64,000 bases of DNA from Oikopleura dioica. Taxonomy: Eukaryota; Animalia; Chordata. Shown one piece after another: positions 9,944 through 22,340 of the stretch (position 1 is the stretch's first letter; the number at the start of each line of letters is the position of its first letter). The DNA lies in assembly GCA_907165135.1 (NCBI GenBank), contig OU015568.1, positions 8,184,001 to 8,248,000 of the forward strand. Reading direction: 5' to 3'. The notes beneath the pieces are model-generated. The model was not told where the DNA came from. It searched no databases and saw only the letters and a list, made by a program, of their open reading frames with translations. A program made the position numbers and the translations under genes.

Positions 9944-11986
9944 ATGACGCTTTTGGCAGCAGCGAGAAAGCATCTCACACAGGTAAAGCTCGAAAATCCA
10001 ACCATTTTTCTATCTAAAACTTCAGTGCGATGCTTTCATCCAACAAACCGATGACGCTCATGGCTCTGAATACACCGCTCCATGTGATAATCGACGACCC
10101 GCTGTTTCTGGCTTCACTGGATCCGCCGGTACCGCTGTCTTTACAAAGGATAAGGCTTGCTTGTGGACCGATGGTCGCTACTTTCTCCAGGCTAATCAGG
10201 AGCTCGATGGAGATTGGACGCTCATGAAGGATGGCATTTCTGGAACTCCTTCTATCGAGGACTGGCTTATTGAAACTCTTCCTCAAGGTACCCTCTTTTA
10301 TCTTCATTTCTGTTATGAATCCGTAGGCTCTACTGTCGGTTGCGATGGCTGGTGCACTAGATACAACGGTTTTCTGAAATACAAGTCCAAATTCGAGTCC
10401 CGCAACTTGAAATTCGCAACTGTTGCCAACCCAATCGATGCTGCATGGACTGATAAGCCAGAACGCCCCGCTGGAGAGCTCGAAATTATGCAAGTCGCCC
10501 AAGCTGGTCAATCTTGGCAAGATAAACTCGCCGCCGTCCGAGAAGAAATCAAGAAAGAAGGTTGCCAGGTTTGTTTTCGCCATCAATTCCATGAGGAACG
10601 CATCTTTTAAGGGTTTGGTAATCACTATGCTTGACGAGATCGCTTGGCTTTTCAACCTCCGTGGAACAGACATTCCATTCAACCCTCTTTTCTTCTCTTA
10701 CTGCTACATCTCCCTCGACAAGGTGCAACTGTTCATGAACCAGGCCCAGGCATCTGATGCCGTTCGAGCCCATCTTGCTGGTGTCACCATTGAAGACTAC
10801 GCCTCTACTCTTTCTACTCTCGAATCTCTTGAAGACAAGGTTCTTGCTTCATCAAATTCTCCCGCAGCCATCGTGAATGCTTTGAAAAACAAGCAGGTCG
10901 TGACAAACACCCCTGTTGGAATTCTTAAAGCGTACAAGAACGACACTGAGATTGAAGGAATGCTTCTTGCCAATGTCAGATCCGCTGTTTGTCATGTCAA
11001 AGCACTCAAATACGCTGAAGGTAGGGAGTTTATGTCTTTTTTTTTGAGTGATCAATCCAATTTTAGACAACGCTGGCACTGGAATTACTGAGTGCGACGT
11101 CGTCGACAAGCTCAACGAGTTCTACCGAGCTCAGAAAGACTTCCGAGGTCAATCCTTTGACACTATTTCTTCTTCCGGCCCTACTGGCTCAATCATTCAT
11201 TACAAGCCAAAGCCCGGTTCTGATCGAAAGATCGAAAAGTGCATGTTCCTCCTCGACGCTGGTGCTCACTACACTTGTGGAACTACTGACACTACCCGAA
11301 CTGTCCACTGCGGAGAACCATCTGAATTTGAGAAAGAGTGCTACACTCGGGTTCTTATGGGACACATCAACCTGGCTAAGCTGCGATTTCCGGAAGGAAC
11401 TCGAGGCCCAGCCCTTGACGTGCTCACTCGACAGCCACTTTGGGAAGCCGGCCTTCAATTCAATCACGGAACTGGACACGGTATAGGCTGCTGGTTGAAC
11501 GTCCACGAGCCGCCAACTGGGCTCTATCTTTCTCCACGGCAAGAAATTGATTTGTTTAAACACTAAAGTGATTTTAATTTTTGCAAGATTGGATTGTGTC
11601 ACTCAGTCTGCTGATCTCTTCTACGCGAAAGGATACTGCGTCACCGACGAGCCCGGATTCTACAAAGATGGAGAGTTCGGTATCCGAATTGAGAACGCCC
11701 TTTATGTCACTGATGTCCAGACGAAATACAATCTCCCTGAGGGCACTAAATTCTTGAAGGTAGAAATGTCTATTCTTTTTTTATCTATCTTTTCTTTTAG
11801 TTTGAATCTTTATGCTTCGTTCCAATGTGCAAGAAACTTATTAACGCAGAAATGCTCGACTCCTCGCAAAAGAAATGGCTGAACGAGTACCACAAGAAGA
11901 CTGCCGAGCTTCTAATTCCAGAGTGCAAAGCTCAGGGCTGGGACGATCTGATCCCCTGGATCGAAGACAACTGCGCTGCCTTGTAA
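9944..11986 (+). CDS. XPNPEP1: Xaa-Pro aminopeptidase 1 (aminopeptidase P, M24B), multi-exon
   Basis: Motifs SGFTGSAG, LWTDGRYFLQA, LDEIAWLFNLRG.DIPFNP, FDTISS.G, DAGAHY..GTTD.TRT, HGTGHGIG..LNVHE, DEPGFYKDGEFGIRIEN. Confidence 0.96.
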
Positions 11987-12178
11987 TTTTTTTACCACGA
12001 TTTCATCACTGACTTGATTTTCTTCGTTGTCTTCAGATAAAAAATTTCGTATTTCAGTTCAAAAATGCGTTCAAATGTTCTTTCTGATTATTACATGTTC
12101 CATTTTACCCAGATAATTCCATCTTTGATAAATGAAAAAATAAACTCTCTTCAATAATTGAAAAACTCACTTCCAGAA

Positions 12179-13050
12179 ATGGGACGTTTCCGGATGATAA
12201 GCTACGCTGGCTGCGGCTTCAACGGCGCTTACTATCTCGGAGTCAACAAAGTCTTGCTTGCTAATTTGTCGAAATTCATTGAAAAAGAGCCTCTTTACGC
12301 AGGAGTATCGGCAGGATCTATTTCAGCAAGTTCAGCAGCAGTTTTTGGACTGAGAACAGATGATTATGAGCTGGACTTCGTCAAAAAGTTTAGAGCAAAA
12401 GCGGCAAAAACTCGGTTTACAAATGAGTTGAAACATGTTCTCAGAGGTATTTTATTTAAAAAAGAAAGATCATTTATGCAGAGCTAAATCAAGATTTACT
12501 GGATGACTACTTTCCTGCCGACGCCGATGATATCTGTAACGGGAGAGTTCATCTTGGAATCACTGAAATGTCAGGGAAGCACCCGAAATTCGGAATTCAT
12601 GAAAAGTCTGTTATTAAATCTCAGTTCGAAAACAAGGAAGATTTCGTCAACACTGTTCTTGCTTCATGTCTTGTTCCCTACTGGGCGGGAACTGTTCCCG
12701 TGACGATGAGTGGGAAAAATTATTATGACGGCGGATTCACAGGTAAAAACACAATCAAACTCCAAACTAACCGAAAATTAGACAATTTACTGGATATTTT
12801 CCCATCTAAAACTGTTCGAATACAACCATTTTCAACCTCCTCAAACGATGCGAATATTTGCCCAGCAAAAAAATACGCGAGAAACGTACGCCTTGTCGCT
12901 GGAAAACACTTGACATTCTATCTGACATCAGAGAACTTCGAACGTCTTCTTTACCGAGCCTTGTTTGGTGGGAATGATCAGTGGATGGATAAAATTATGA
13001 ACCAAGGTCAACACGATGCTACTGTTTGGCTTGAAAAATATGTGAAATAA
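12179..13050 (+). CDS. Patatin-like phospholipase (PNPLA family)
   Basis: Oxyanion loop YAGCGFNG, nucleophile GVSAG, catalytic YYDGGF; short GT-AG introns. Confidence 0.92.
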
Positions 13051-13346
13051 AATTTACACAAATTCTAAAAATTTGAAGTCTTTCATTTTATTGTTTCTTC
13101 GGTGTATAATTATATACCAATATAAGTACTTCTGTAGAAGTATTTCCGCAAGCATCTAATTGAAAGTAGCAACAAGTACGACATTACTAGGTAAGAGCGC
13201 CGACTGGGCGCCAGCCAGTTGTAGACACCGGTTTGTTTGGTAGGATAAAAACATGAGATGTTCATGTTGTTTGACGTGAGAAAATGAACTTCTGGTCTGA
13301 TTATCAAACCATCTTCAAATGAAAATCTCAAATTATTGTTGAGAAA

Positions 13347-16300
13347 ATGAAAATTTTTCAAGTCCTTTGTTATGAACTTGTTTCATCGGAGATTTTTTTC
13401 AATCAGACTTCAGAAAAGAACCTCGGAGCAGAGTTCGAAATTTCCCGCGCCGCAAGCTCCTGCGAGCCCCCGCGGGAGCGGGGGGGAGCAAAATTTCTCC
13501 CGCGCCCCCAAGATATTCGGATATTCTTTCCCCCTCCCTCGAGATTTTCTCGTGATCTTTCCCCCTCCCCCCCGCTCCCGCCGTAAATTGTTCTTTCCCG
13601 CCTTCTTCCCGCGCCGCGAAAATTCAAAAATGCTCCCGCGGGGCTGCGGGAGCAGCGGGGAAGAAGCTTCTAAAATTCGGGCCGTCTCAGCCCCGTTCCT
13701 TGGTTTTCAAATTTAAGGGGCTTGACAAAGGCCGGGGAAGCCTGAGTTGATCAATCTCAGTTTCATCCCCATTCAATGTGAAACTAAATATTGTTCATTT
13801 TCTTAGCTTTTTTATGGTTTTTATTTATTTTTTCAATTTTATTTTTTAATTGTCGAATTATCTTAGGGGCCTGTTTCAGGCTTCTTCCTTAGTGAAGACC
13901 TTATTAAACCAGCCCTCACGTTGACTTTTCTTTCCCGCGGGCACCCGCGGGAGCAAAAGGAGGGGAATCCTTTCCGCGCCCCCGCTCCCGCGCGAATTTT
14001 CAGGCCTTGTTCCCGCGCCGCCCTCTCCCCCGCAAAAATTTTAGACCTCCTCCCCGCCCCCGCTCCCGCGCAAAATTTTTGGACTTGCTCCCGCTCCCCC
14101 GCTCCCGCAAAAATTTTCGACCTCGTTTAGGTTTTATTTGAAGAAATCACATCATTTTCGACTTTTATTGAAACCTTGAACAGCTCGCTTACTCTGAAAC
14201 AAAATGTCAAGTTAAAGTTTTGCGGCTATGCTTTTTTGAATGGGTCGTTTTTCCTTTTTGGTGGGACGGATACTTACTATCGAGTCGCCACTGTTGAGAA
14301 TTGCGAATACAATGAACTTCCAGTAAAACTACCGCTTGATTTTAGCCAATATTCTGATGTCCTTGCAGTTATGGACAATAAAGGTTGGCCAAATTTGCGT
14401 AAAACTTCGTTATCTTCAAGCTTTTATGTGCTGGACGTATTACTCTGACGGGAACAGATGCATGACTTTTGATGGACAAGTCGCCAGGTTGTCACTTTCT
14501 TTCGTCCCTTATTCTATCAAGTTTTTAGCATTCTGCCAGCAAGAAGTAACTTCCGCCATAACTGGGCTGTCATGTGCTCAAAAGATGGAGCTCTTTACGG
14601 TGGTGGAGGAACGAAAGAAAGTGGCGTTGCCAATAAACTGGAAATTTATCGAGACGGGCAATGGCGATATTCTTCCGACTGGGACTATCCGTAAAATGGG
14701 AATTTCATGAACTCAACAATGAAAGCAGGGCTCCAAATCGCGGGGGCGTGCGCCGGGAGCGGCCAAGTCAAACCGCGCGCGCGAACAAAACTCTTGGGCG
14801 CGAGGTGCGCCCTCCCCAAAAAATTCGGGAGCAACATTTTTCAGCGCTCACGGCGAGTGCCGGGCGCGCCCGAGCCTCTTGTTCGCGAACCAAGGGCTCG
14901 ATCCCGCCGAGGTTCTGGCCGAGCGCGGACCGAGCTAGCAGCGCCGCGCCGATGTATAGGAGTACCCGGGCGAGTAACGCGAAGTCCTACTTCACGCGGT
15001 CGCCATTGATGTTTCAGAAAAGTTTTTTCGAAATTTTTGTTTGTTAAACATATCTACATTCTCTCAGCCTTCACCTCCCACTTTCAGATTTTCCTCATCA
15101 CAATTAATTCTTGAGCTAGAGTGAAAAAGAGAAATTCAACTTCAAAAGGCATAAACTCCTGCAAACTTTATTTGTTCTCAACGAAATTTGATTCACCGAA
15201 AAGCCGAGAAAATTCTGTACTAAAGTTACCTAATGGGGTTATGATAACAATCACCTGCCGAGTGCAAGGTGAGCTTTTCCAGAGTGGATCGGTTCCACAG
15301 CGGGCGTTCGCGTTGCGCGAGGCAATATTTTGGCTTATTTGCGCTTGATTCCCGCTAAGTATGCGCTAATAACTATGGTCCATACTCTTAGACTACTTAG
15401 GCTCCATAGTATGGTCCATACTGTATGGATTATAGATTCTTATTACTACTTTAATGATTTTCATAAGACCTCATTAGATAACTTTTGATCAGAATTTTCT
15501 TGGCTTTCCGGTGGAAGCTTTTACATATAATTTCATATCTTCAAAATCGAAAGTGCTGAATCCATTTGAAGTTAAAATTTTCTTTCGTCGATCTCGACTG
15601 AATTAAGAATGATAGAAAAAACTTAAAACTACAATAGAAAGAAGAGTGTATATAAATTATATATGCAAAAAGAATTTTTGAAAATAGCTCATGTCAAAAT
15701 TCATAATGAAGATAATTTATCATAATTTTTAAAGATATTCTTCAGGGTAAGATTCTTTCATTCAATTTTTCACAAGCTGATCGATTATAAACCGAGAAAA
15801 GAGGCGCAAACTCCGACCCGCCGGCACTTTCATTTTGAAATTTTGCTCCCCAACTTGCTCGGGAGGGCGCCGCTTGCTCCCGAGATTCTCGTTCGCGCTT
15901 GCGTTCAAACTCTGGCGCTCACGGCGCGCGCCCCCGTGATTCGGAGCCCTGAATGAAAGCTCTTTTCAGGGGAAATTCACTTACTAATGCGAATTGCGTG
16001 ACTGTTCCTGAAGGTGTTTTGTTTTTCAACTTTGATCGAAGCAGCTATTTGTTCAATACAGAAAGAGAAACCTGGAAATTCGTCGGCAACGCTGTAATTA
16101 TCGTGAGTTCTTGAAAAAATACCACTTCTTTAGTACGTTGCTGAGTCGACTCTTCGATACGTGAAGGGAGAAATCTGGTCTTTTCAGGGTTTTTACAGGA
16201 AGAGATGCAAATTTATTAGTTTTAACTTTTTAAAGTAAAGATTGAAAGTTTTGAATCTCTCTTTTCCCAGCAATTATAACGTGAAAATTAATTGGAACGG

Positions 16301-16400
16301 CATTGCAGTCGAAGAAGGGGAAAAAGTTATTCTACCGAATATGTACAAAATAAGCTTCCCAATTGTTATAGACCAAGATGAATACAATCTGATATGCTAA
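13347..16400 (+). CDS. Hypothetical beta-propeller/Kelch-like protein, multi-exon, two introns inflated by transposons
   Basis: Exons join in frame: MKIF...NLG / VLFEE...FLFGGTD...ELPVKLP / ...EIYRDGQWRYSSDWDYP / GNSLTNANC...LFNTERETWKFVG / ...NLIC*. Confidence 0.6.
13429..14125. mobile_element. GC-rich MITE-like element with CCCGC(T)CCCGC subterminal repeats
   Basis: Imperfect termini CAGAGTTCGAAATTT versus AAAATTTTCGACCTCG; dense CCCGCG/CGCGGG motifs in both orientations; no clean TSD. Confidence 0.55.
14726..15951. mobile_element. Non-autonomous hAT element (1226 bp) in an intron
   Basis: About 30-bp TIRs (CAGGGCTCCAAATCGCGGGG... / ...CCCCCGTGATTCGGAGCCCTG); perfect 8-bp TSD AATGAAAG (14718-14725, 15952-15959). 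Confidence 0.93.
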
Positions 16401-17042
16401 GTACAGATTCTTTGCTTATTTCGTCATTGAAGTTAAAAGCTAATGAGAGTATAAACATGGTCAGACGATAATTGTCAGCGTCTTAGTAAAAATATTATTG
16501 CGTTTGTTATTAGCATAACGCAATTTGGCCTTGAGGACAGGGGCTTCGTCGTTTCCACTAAGGTTTATGCTAAAAATAAAACGTAGACAAAGACCATGTT
16601 TATGAGTTGAAGGACAAGGAAAATATCGTCACTTGATAAACGAAGGGAAGATTCGTTCAAGCATCTTTCGTTCGAAATCAATCGTTGGTGCTACCAGAAT
16701 CTATCAAAACAACACCTAACTAGCTCAACGTCTTGGGTTTCATCAAATTTAGACTTTGATTCAAAGTATTTGAATCTGAAAATTCAAATTCTTCAGCTCA
16801 GTTTCGCGAATCAAACTGTGCTTCCTTTATTCCTAAGGCCGAGAAAACGTAGAACTTGGCTCATTTTGCGATACTGTAGGTTACTGACGAACATGCATAC
16901 CTTTGTGGCGCCTGCAACGTTTTCAGGTAAAACACCTACGGGCTTTTACGGCTGAATTCAGTGGAGACAAATACGAAAGGACCTCTCACAGCAACAGTCG
17001 TCGTTTAAGGCTTGTTTTTTCAATTCTTTTCTTTAAAAGAAA

Positions 17043-18444
17043 ATGAGTTTAAATATCCAAGAGATAAATGAATGTCTCAAAGAGAACAGCATAACATTGA
17101 ATACAGGACGATTTTCAATCCAGTTGACTTGTATTGAGGCTTTCGATCCAAGCACTTTACAATTTGTCAATTATACAAGAGCATCTGAAAACGATGGAGA
17201 TATCGACTGCTTGCTCGAGAATAAACCGAAAGACTCGAAAGTGTATCTTGTTTCAGATTCATTTGTGGTTGATCAATTGCTGTTTATTCCCATGATTATT
17301 GATGAATCTAAAGGTATGGAAAGCATGTTTGCTTACTTAGTAAGATATATTTTCTAGCGCCTTCACTTGAGTATTCGGAAACACGCACGTCTGGCTTCGA
17401 CCAAATGCTGATTTTTTCAACAACAATCACCCCTAAAAATTGCAATAAGAAGTTTGTCCACGAGAAATCTGGCTGGGTTTGGCGACAGAGTAAGAGAACG
17501 AAACGATCGGAGAAGAAAATGAAATTGGAAGTAATAGACGGGCGCTTGAAGTTTGCAAAGCCTTTTGCTTTCAACAGGTTAGAGAACGTTCCTGTTCGAT
17601 ATGACATGCCTGACTGGGTTGAAGAAGAAGATGACAAGCACAGAAAAAAGCAACCATCCCGCAGTAAAAAGGCAAAAAAGGTTAAAAAAGAACGAAAGAG
17701 CAAATTAAATCAACAAATATCGAAGAAACACTCAAGTGCTACCAACATATTTTCAATTAGTCGGGAGGATAACTCAATTGCTGGAGAGGTATACTACTCA
17801 ATTATTGAGTCTCAATATCAGACATAACATGCATGCATATTATGCCGAATATATCATCAACCGTTTTAAGTAAAAGAACCTTAATTAATCATCAAATTAT
17901 ACAACATATTTTTAGTTGGAACTCGAGGATGTCGATGAAGATGGCGATTGGGTGACAGTGGGAGATTCAGGATTTCTTTCAAGAAGAGATGAAGACCAAA
18001 GGACCGTCTGCGGCATCGTCTCGCTAGAAGAGGAGCTCAACAATAGCTGTGTGCTAACAGAAGAACCTGAAAACGGCGAAATGGAGGAAACCTCTTGCTC
18101 CGAATCGACAGAAGCAGAACTCAGGGAGGAGAACAGTGTGCTCAAAGAACAGCTTGAAAGCTTTTTGACGTGCCAAATTTGTTTTGAGTAAGTTAAAAAG
18201 TCTTATTACTCGAATTCATTAGCAATTTAGAGCATTTGATGGCGAGAAACATGCAAAATATTCGCACGCCTGTGGTCATGGATGCTGCCTGACTTGCATG
18301 AAGAAGGAGTTTGCTCGTCAGCGTGCAGGTAAATAACCTTATTATAATATTTTTCATCATATAATTTTAGCAAGGAGAAAGAAGTTCTACTGCCACTGCG
18401 GATTCGAGATCCACGAGAAAAAAATCATCCGAATGTTCATTTGA
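17043..18444 (+). CDS. RING-finger protein, paralogue 1 of a tandem triplet
   Basis: Novel N-terminal domain, Lys-rich and acidic linkers, coiled coil, C-terminal CQICFE...HACGHGCCLTC...FYCHCG...IIRMFI*. Confidence 0.85.
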
Positions 18445-18748
18445 GTTCTATGCTCTTATTTTCTAATAAACATGCACCTAAGTAGATAAAACAAGAGAGT
18501 CATTCAATTCTGGTTAGCTAGTTGTACTGTTTCTTCTCACAATATATCCATGTTTATGTCATAACATCTTTTTTCGTCGGAATACAAGAACTTTACCAGG
18601 GGGTTACTTCACTGCAGCCAATCAAGACTTGATCACTTCGTTCAGTCGAGAGATGAGCTCATTTAGTTAACTAACCCTTCGTTAACCAGTGATCGAAAGA
18701 GACCTATAAACTGGTGTAACTTTGCCCACTGCCCGAGAAAGTGAAAAA

Positions 18749-20188
18749 ATGATGGTAGAGAGCAAGAAAAACATCGACGAAATAAATGAATTGTTCGAAA
18801 CAGAAGAGATAGTTGTATTTACCGACCGTTTTTCTATAAAATTGATTCATGCGAAATCTATTGATCCCAAATCCTTGCGGTTCACTAATTATGTCAAAAT
18901 TTTAAAAGAAAGTGATGAAGCAGACAGTTTACTTGAAGCGAGAGTTCAAGATTCGCCTGTATTTTTTCTGTCAACTCACCGAGCTTGTTGTGAGTTTCTC
19001 TTGATTCCTGTCTTGAGTGACGATAAAAAAGGTGAGAATGACTTTATTGAGAAAGTTTTTATAATTAAAAAACGTCTTCCATAGTTCCTACAATTAAATA
19101 TTCGCCCGCTAAGGAAGATCGACCTGATATCCTTCTAAATTCGACAATCGTTTACGAGAGAGATGATGATGAAAAGAAAATCAATCGTGTTAGGAAACCT
19201 CTTTGCACGTGCATTGAATCTGACCCTTCTTCTCTTTTCGACAGGCTGGAGAGAATCCCCGACAAATATGAGATTCCCGACTGGGTTGAAGAAGAGGACA
19301 AAAAAGCTAGAGAAAAGAAGAAAATGCCGAAGAAAGGAAAAAGTACGAATTCAGCTAAACAAAAGAACAAGCAACAAATGCCACTGAAGCCGACTCCGAA
19401 GAAAGAAATTCCTGCTAAAAATTTTATCGCAAAAAGCCAAGATAAAAATTTTCCGACCGGAGAGGTAATTTTAGCTTTTTCGAAAACATTTTTAACGAAA
19501 AATTTAGCTTGAATTTGATAATTTTGATGAAGGAGACTGGATTACGGTAGAAAAACTAAAACAGCCGAAAATCAGGTGTTCAAACAAGCGCGTAAAGAAG
19601 TCTTCGAAGAAGTCGAAGAAGAAAGAAGCCTTGAGGACGCCACCGGTGGATAAAACAGAAATGAGGCCCTCGAATGTTTTAAAAAAATCTTCAAACTCAG
19701 AAACATCAACGACTCCAGCCCAGCGATTGCCTTCAACAGCTGAAGAGTATCAGAAGATTTTGCTTGATTCAAGTCCTACTAAAAACTATTTGCCCAAAGA
19801 AAAACCCGAAAGTAGCGCGATTAATGCAAACCCTTGTCGTTCCGAGCCAGATCAGCCGCTCATGAAAGAAATTTCTGTGCTGAAGGAGAAACTAGAAAGC
19901 TTCATGATGTGTCAAATTTGTTACGAGTAAATTGTAGCCCTAAGCGTGTTTCAAAAATAAAACTAAACTTTTAAGAGCTTTTGATGATGAAAAGCACGCA
20001 AAATATTCTCACGCCTGCGGTCATGGATGCTGTCTGACTTGCATGAAGAAGGAATTTGCTCGTCAGCGGGAAGGTAAAGAATCCCTGAAAATATCTCTGT
20101 AAAGATTTTTTTAGCAAAGAAAAAGAAGTTCTACTGCCACTGTGGATTCGAAATTCATGAAAAGAAGATCATCAGAATGTTTATTTAA
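18749..20188 (+). CDS. RING-finger protein, paralogue 2
   Basis: Same architecture and intron positions; CQICYE...HACGHGCCLTCMKKEFARQRE...FYCHCGFEIHEKKIIRMFI*. Confidence 0.85.
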
Positions 20189-20587
20189 CCACATCGAATT
20201 TTTACTGTATCGCTTATTTTCACGCGGATTTTATACCATCAACTTTCAGTTATCAAATAAACTTCAATTATTTTTAATATTTTCAAGAATTTGAGAAAGT
20301 CCATCTTTTCCACGTGCTAACACTTGTGAGACTTTTGACGTTGCCAAGGTAGAAGTCAATTGAAGCTCGTTGAATCTTTTTTGTTGATTTCAATTGCGAT
20401 TTTTAAGTGATCTTATTTGCTCAAGCCTTAATTAGTTCCGGGTTTCGCTTACTTCCAAGCAAGGGCGCTGAGCTGTCAGCTAATTCGTCTTCTTCCTTGT
20501 TTCCTCGAGAGCACTTGGTACACGCGCAGCCCGGCATTTTACCTTTCAGTAGTTTTGACTCTAATGTTGCTCATGTTCATTATTTGA

Positions 20588-20618
20588 TTAAGGGTTAGGG
20601 TTAAGGTTAGGGTAAGGG
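20588..20618 (+). repeat. Short degenerate interstitial TTAGGG-like tract
   Basis: TTAAGGGTTAGGGTTAAGGTTAGGGTAAGGG. Confidence 0.5.
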
Positions 20619-20877
20619 AAGTTCCCATTATCATATTGAATCAACCTTTGTTATTGTATCAATTTTATCTTATATTTGATATATTCTGAATAAATAGACA
20701 AAATTATCAGCATGACGTTTATGTTAACGGTAAAAATACTCATGACTTCAAGTTGAGAGAACTTTACCAGGGGGTAAATTATGACTGCGACCAATCAAAC
20801 GTGCATTTCTCGTCACTTTTGGTCACTCACGAACACTGCGAACGTACTTACAGAAAGAAAGACAAACTAAACTAGAG

Positions 20878-22226
20878 ATGAAAAATATAGAGGCAGCAAT
20901 TCGTCTGGAATTCATTCGCCTTCATATGGACTTAGTAGATGTTCGGATATTTACTGATCGGTTTTCTATGAAAATGATGAATGTCAAGCCACTCGAACGA
21001 GGATCCCTGAAGTTAATAAATTATCTGAAAGTGACAAAAGATTTTGAAGACATTGACGGTTTACTCGAAAAAAGACCAGAAAACTCAGAAGTGTTCTTTC
21101 TCACTGAATCTCGCTTGGCTCATAAGTTTCTGTTAATTCCGGTCGCTAGTGATGACGGTAGAGGTCAGAATGATTTGGTAAAAAATAATTGTTTCCATCA
21201 TTTCTCTTTCTAGCTTCTGAAATTCAATACAACGAAGTAACCGATTTTGAATCTCCTGGATCGCTTCTATTTTCGACAGTCCTCACAGAAAGAAACGAAA
21301 ACAGCGAAATAAATACAAGCACTGGTAATCACATGATGTTCACCTCGATGCCAGACGCCCTCAGCCGTCGACGCTACTTCGAGGAAATTCCTGATAGAGT
21401 GGAAATCCCTGACTGGATTGAGGAGGAAGACAGAAAATCGCGTGAAAAGAAACAACACAGTCAGACCAAGCCAAAAAGGAGTAAAAAGAAACAAACAACA
21501 AAAAATAAAAGCAGGTCGAATAATCCAGTTTCTTACGAAGAAATCAATTCTCGGAACACGCCTGCAAAAAGTGAAGATAAGAATACATCACTTGCCGAGG
21601 TAAGAAGTCAAAAGAAACATTCATGAGTCTTCTTTAGCTTGGACTCGATGATGTTGATGGATCAGACTGGCTAACAGTTGGAGATTCAAAACAAGCGAAA
21701 TCGGAGCGCTCAAGTCGGAAAGTAAGAAAATCGCCGAATCCTGGAGAGTTGACGGAGGAGAAGTTGTCTTCGGTCTCAAAAGAAGAAGACGCTTCTGAAA
21801 TCCTCTCGTCAGAAGAACCGGTTCAAGATGACTGCGTTCTGGAAGAAGAACCCGAAAATGATGAGATAAGAACGAATGCAGAGCAAGAAACAGATGCTGC
21901 GCTGAAAAAGGAAAATTCTGCGCTCAAGGAGAGACTCGAAAGCCTTCTGATGTGTCAGATATGTTACGAGTAAGTAATGATGAATTCTGAGCTCATTTTG
22001 AACTCCATTCAAGAGCTTATGATGAAGCAAATCATGCAAAGTACTCCCACGCGTGCGGCCATGGATGCTGTTGGACCTGCATGAAAAAGGAGTTTGCTCG
22101 ACAACGAGAAGGTTAGAAATTTAAAAAGGACGTCATTGATATTGATTATTAGCAAAGAAAAAGAAGTTCTATTGTCACTGCGGATTCGAGATTCACGAGA
22201 AAAAGATCATCCGAATGTTCATTTGA
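20878..22226 (+). CDS. RING-finger protein, paralogue 3
   Basis: Same architecture; LESLLMCQICYE...HACGHGCCWTCMKKEFARQRE...FYCHCG...IIRMFI*. Confidence 0.85.
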
Positions 22227-22340
22227 AAATTTTTCTTTGTGTTGAAATCTGTTAATCATTGATAAAATGCTTTTATAAAATAATTTTGATAAAGAAATAT
22301 GAGAAATTGAGAAATTCGCGAAACAGGGTAAACTATTGAC

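Noticed and set aside
10014-10682. 222-aa minus-strand ORF and similar antisense ORFs over pol, FN3, ZP and copine
   Set aside because: They are shadows of well-supported opposite-strand genes and have no motifs of their own.
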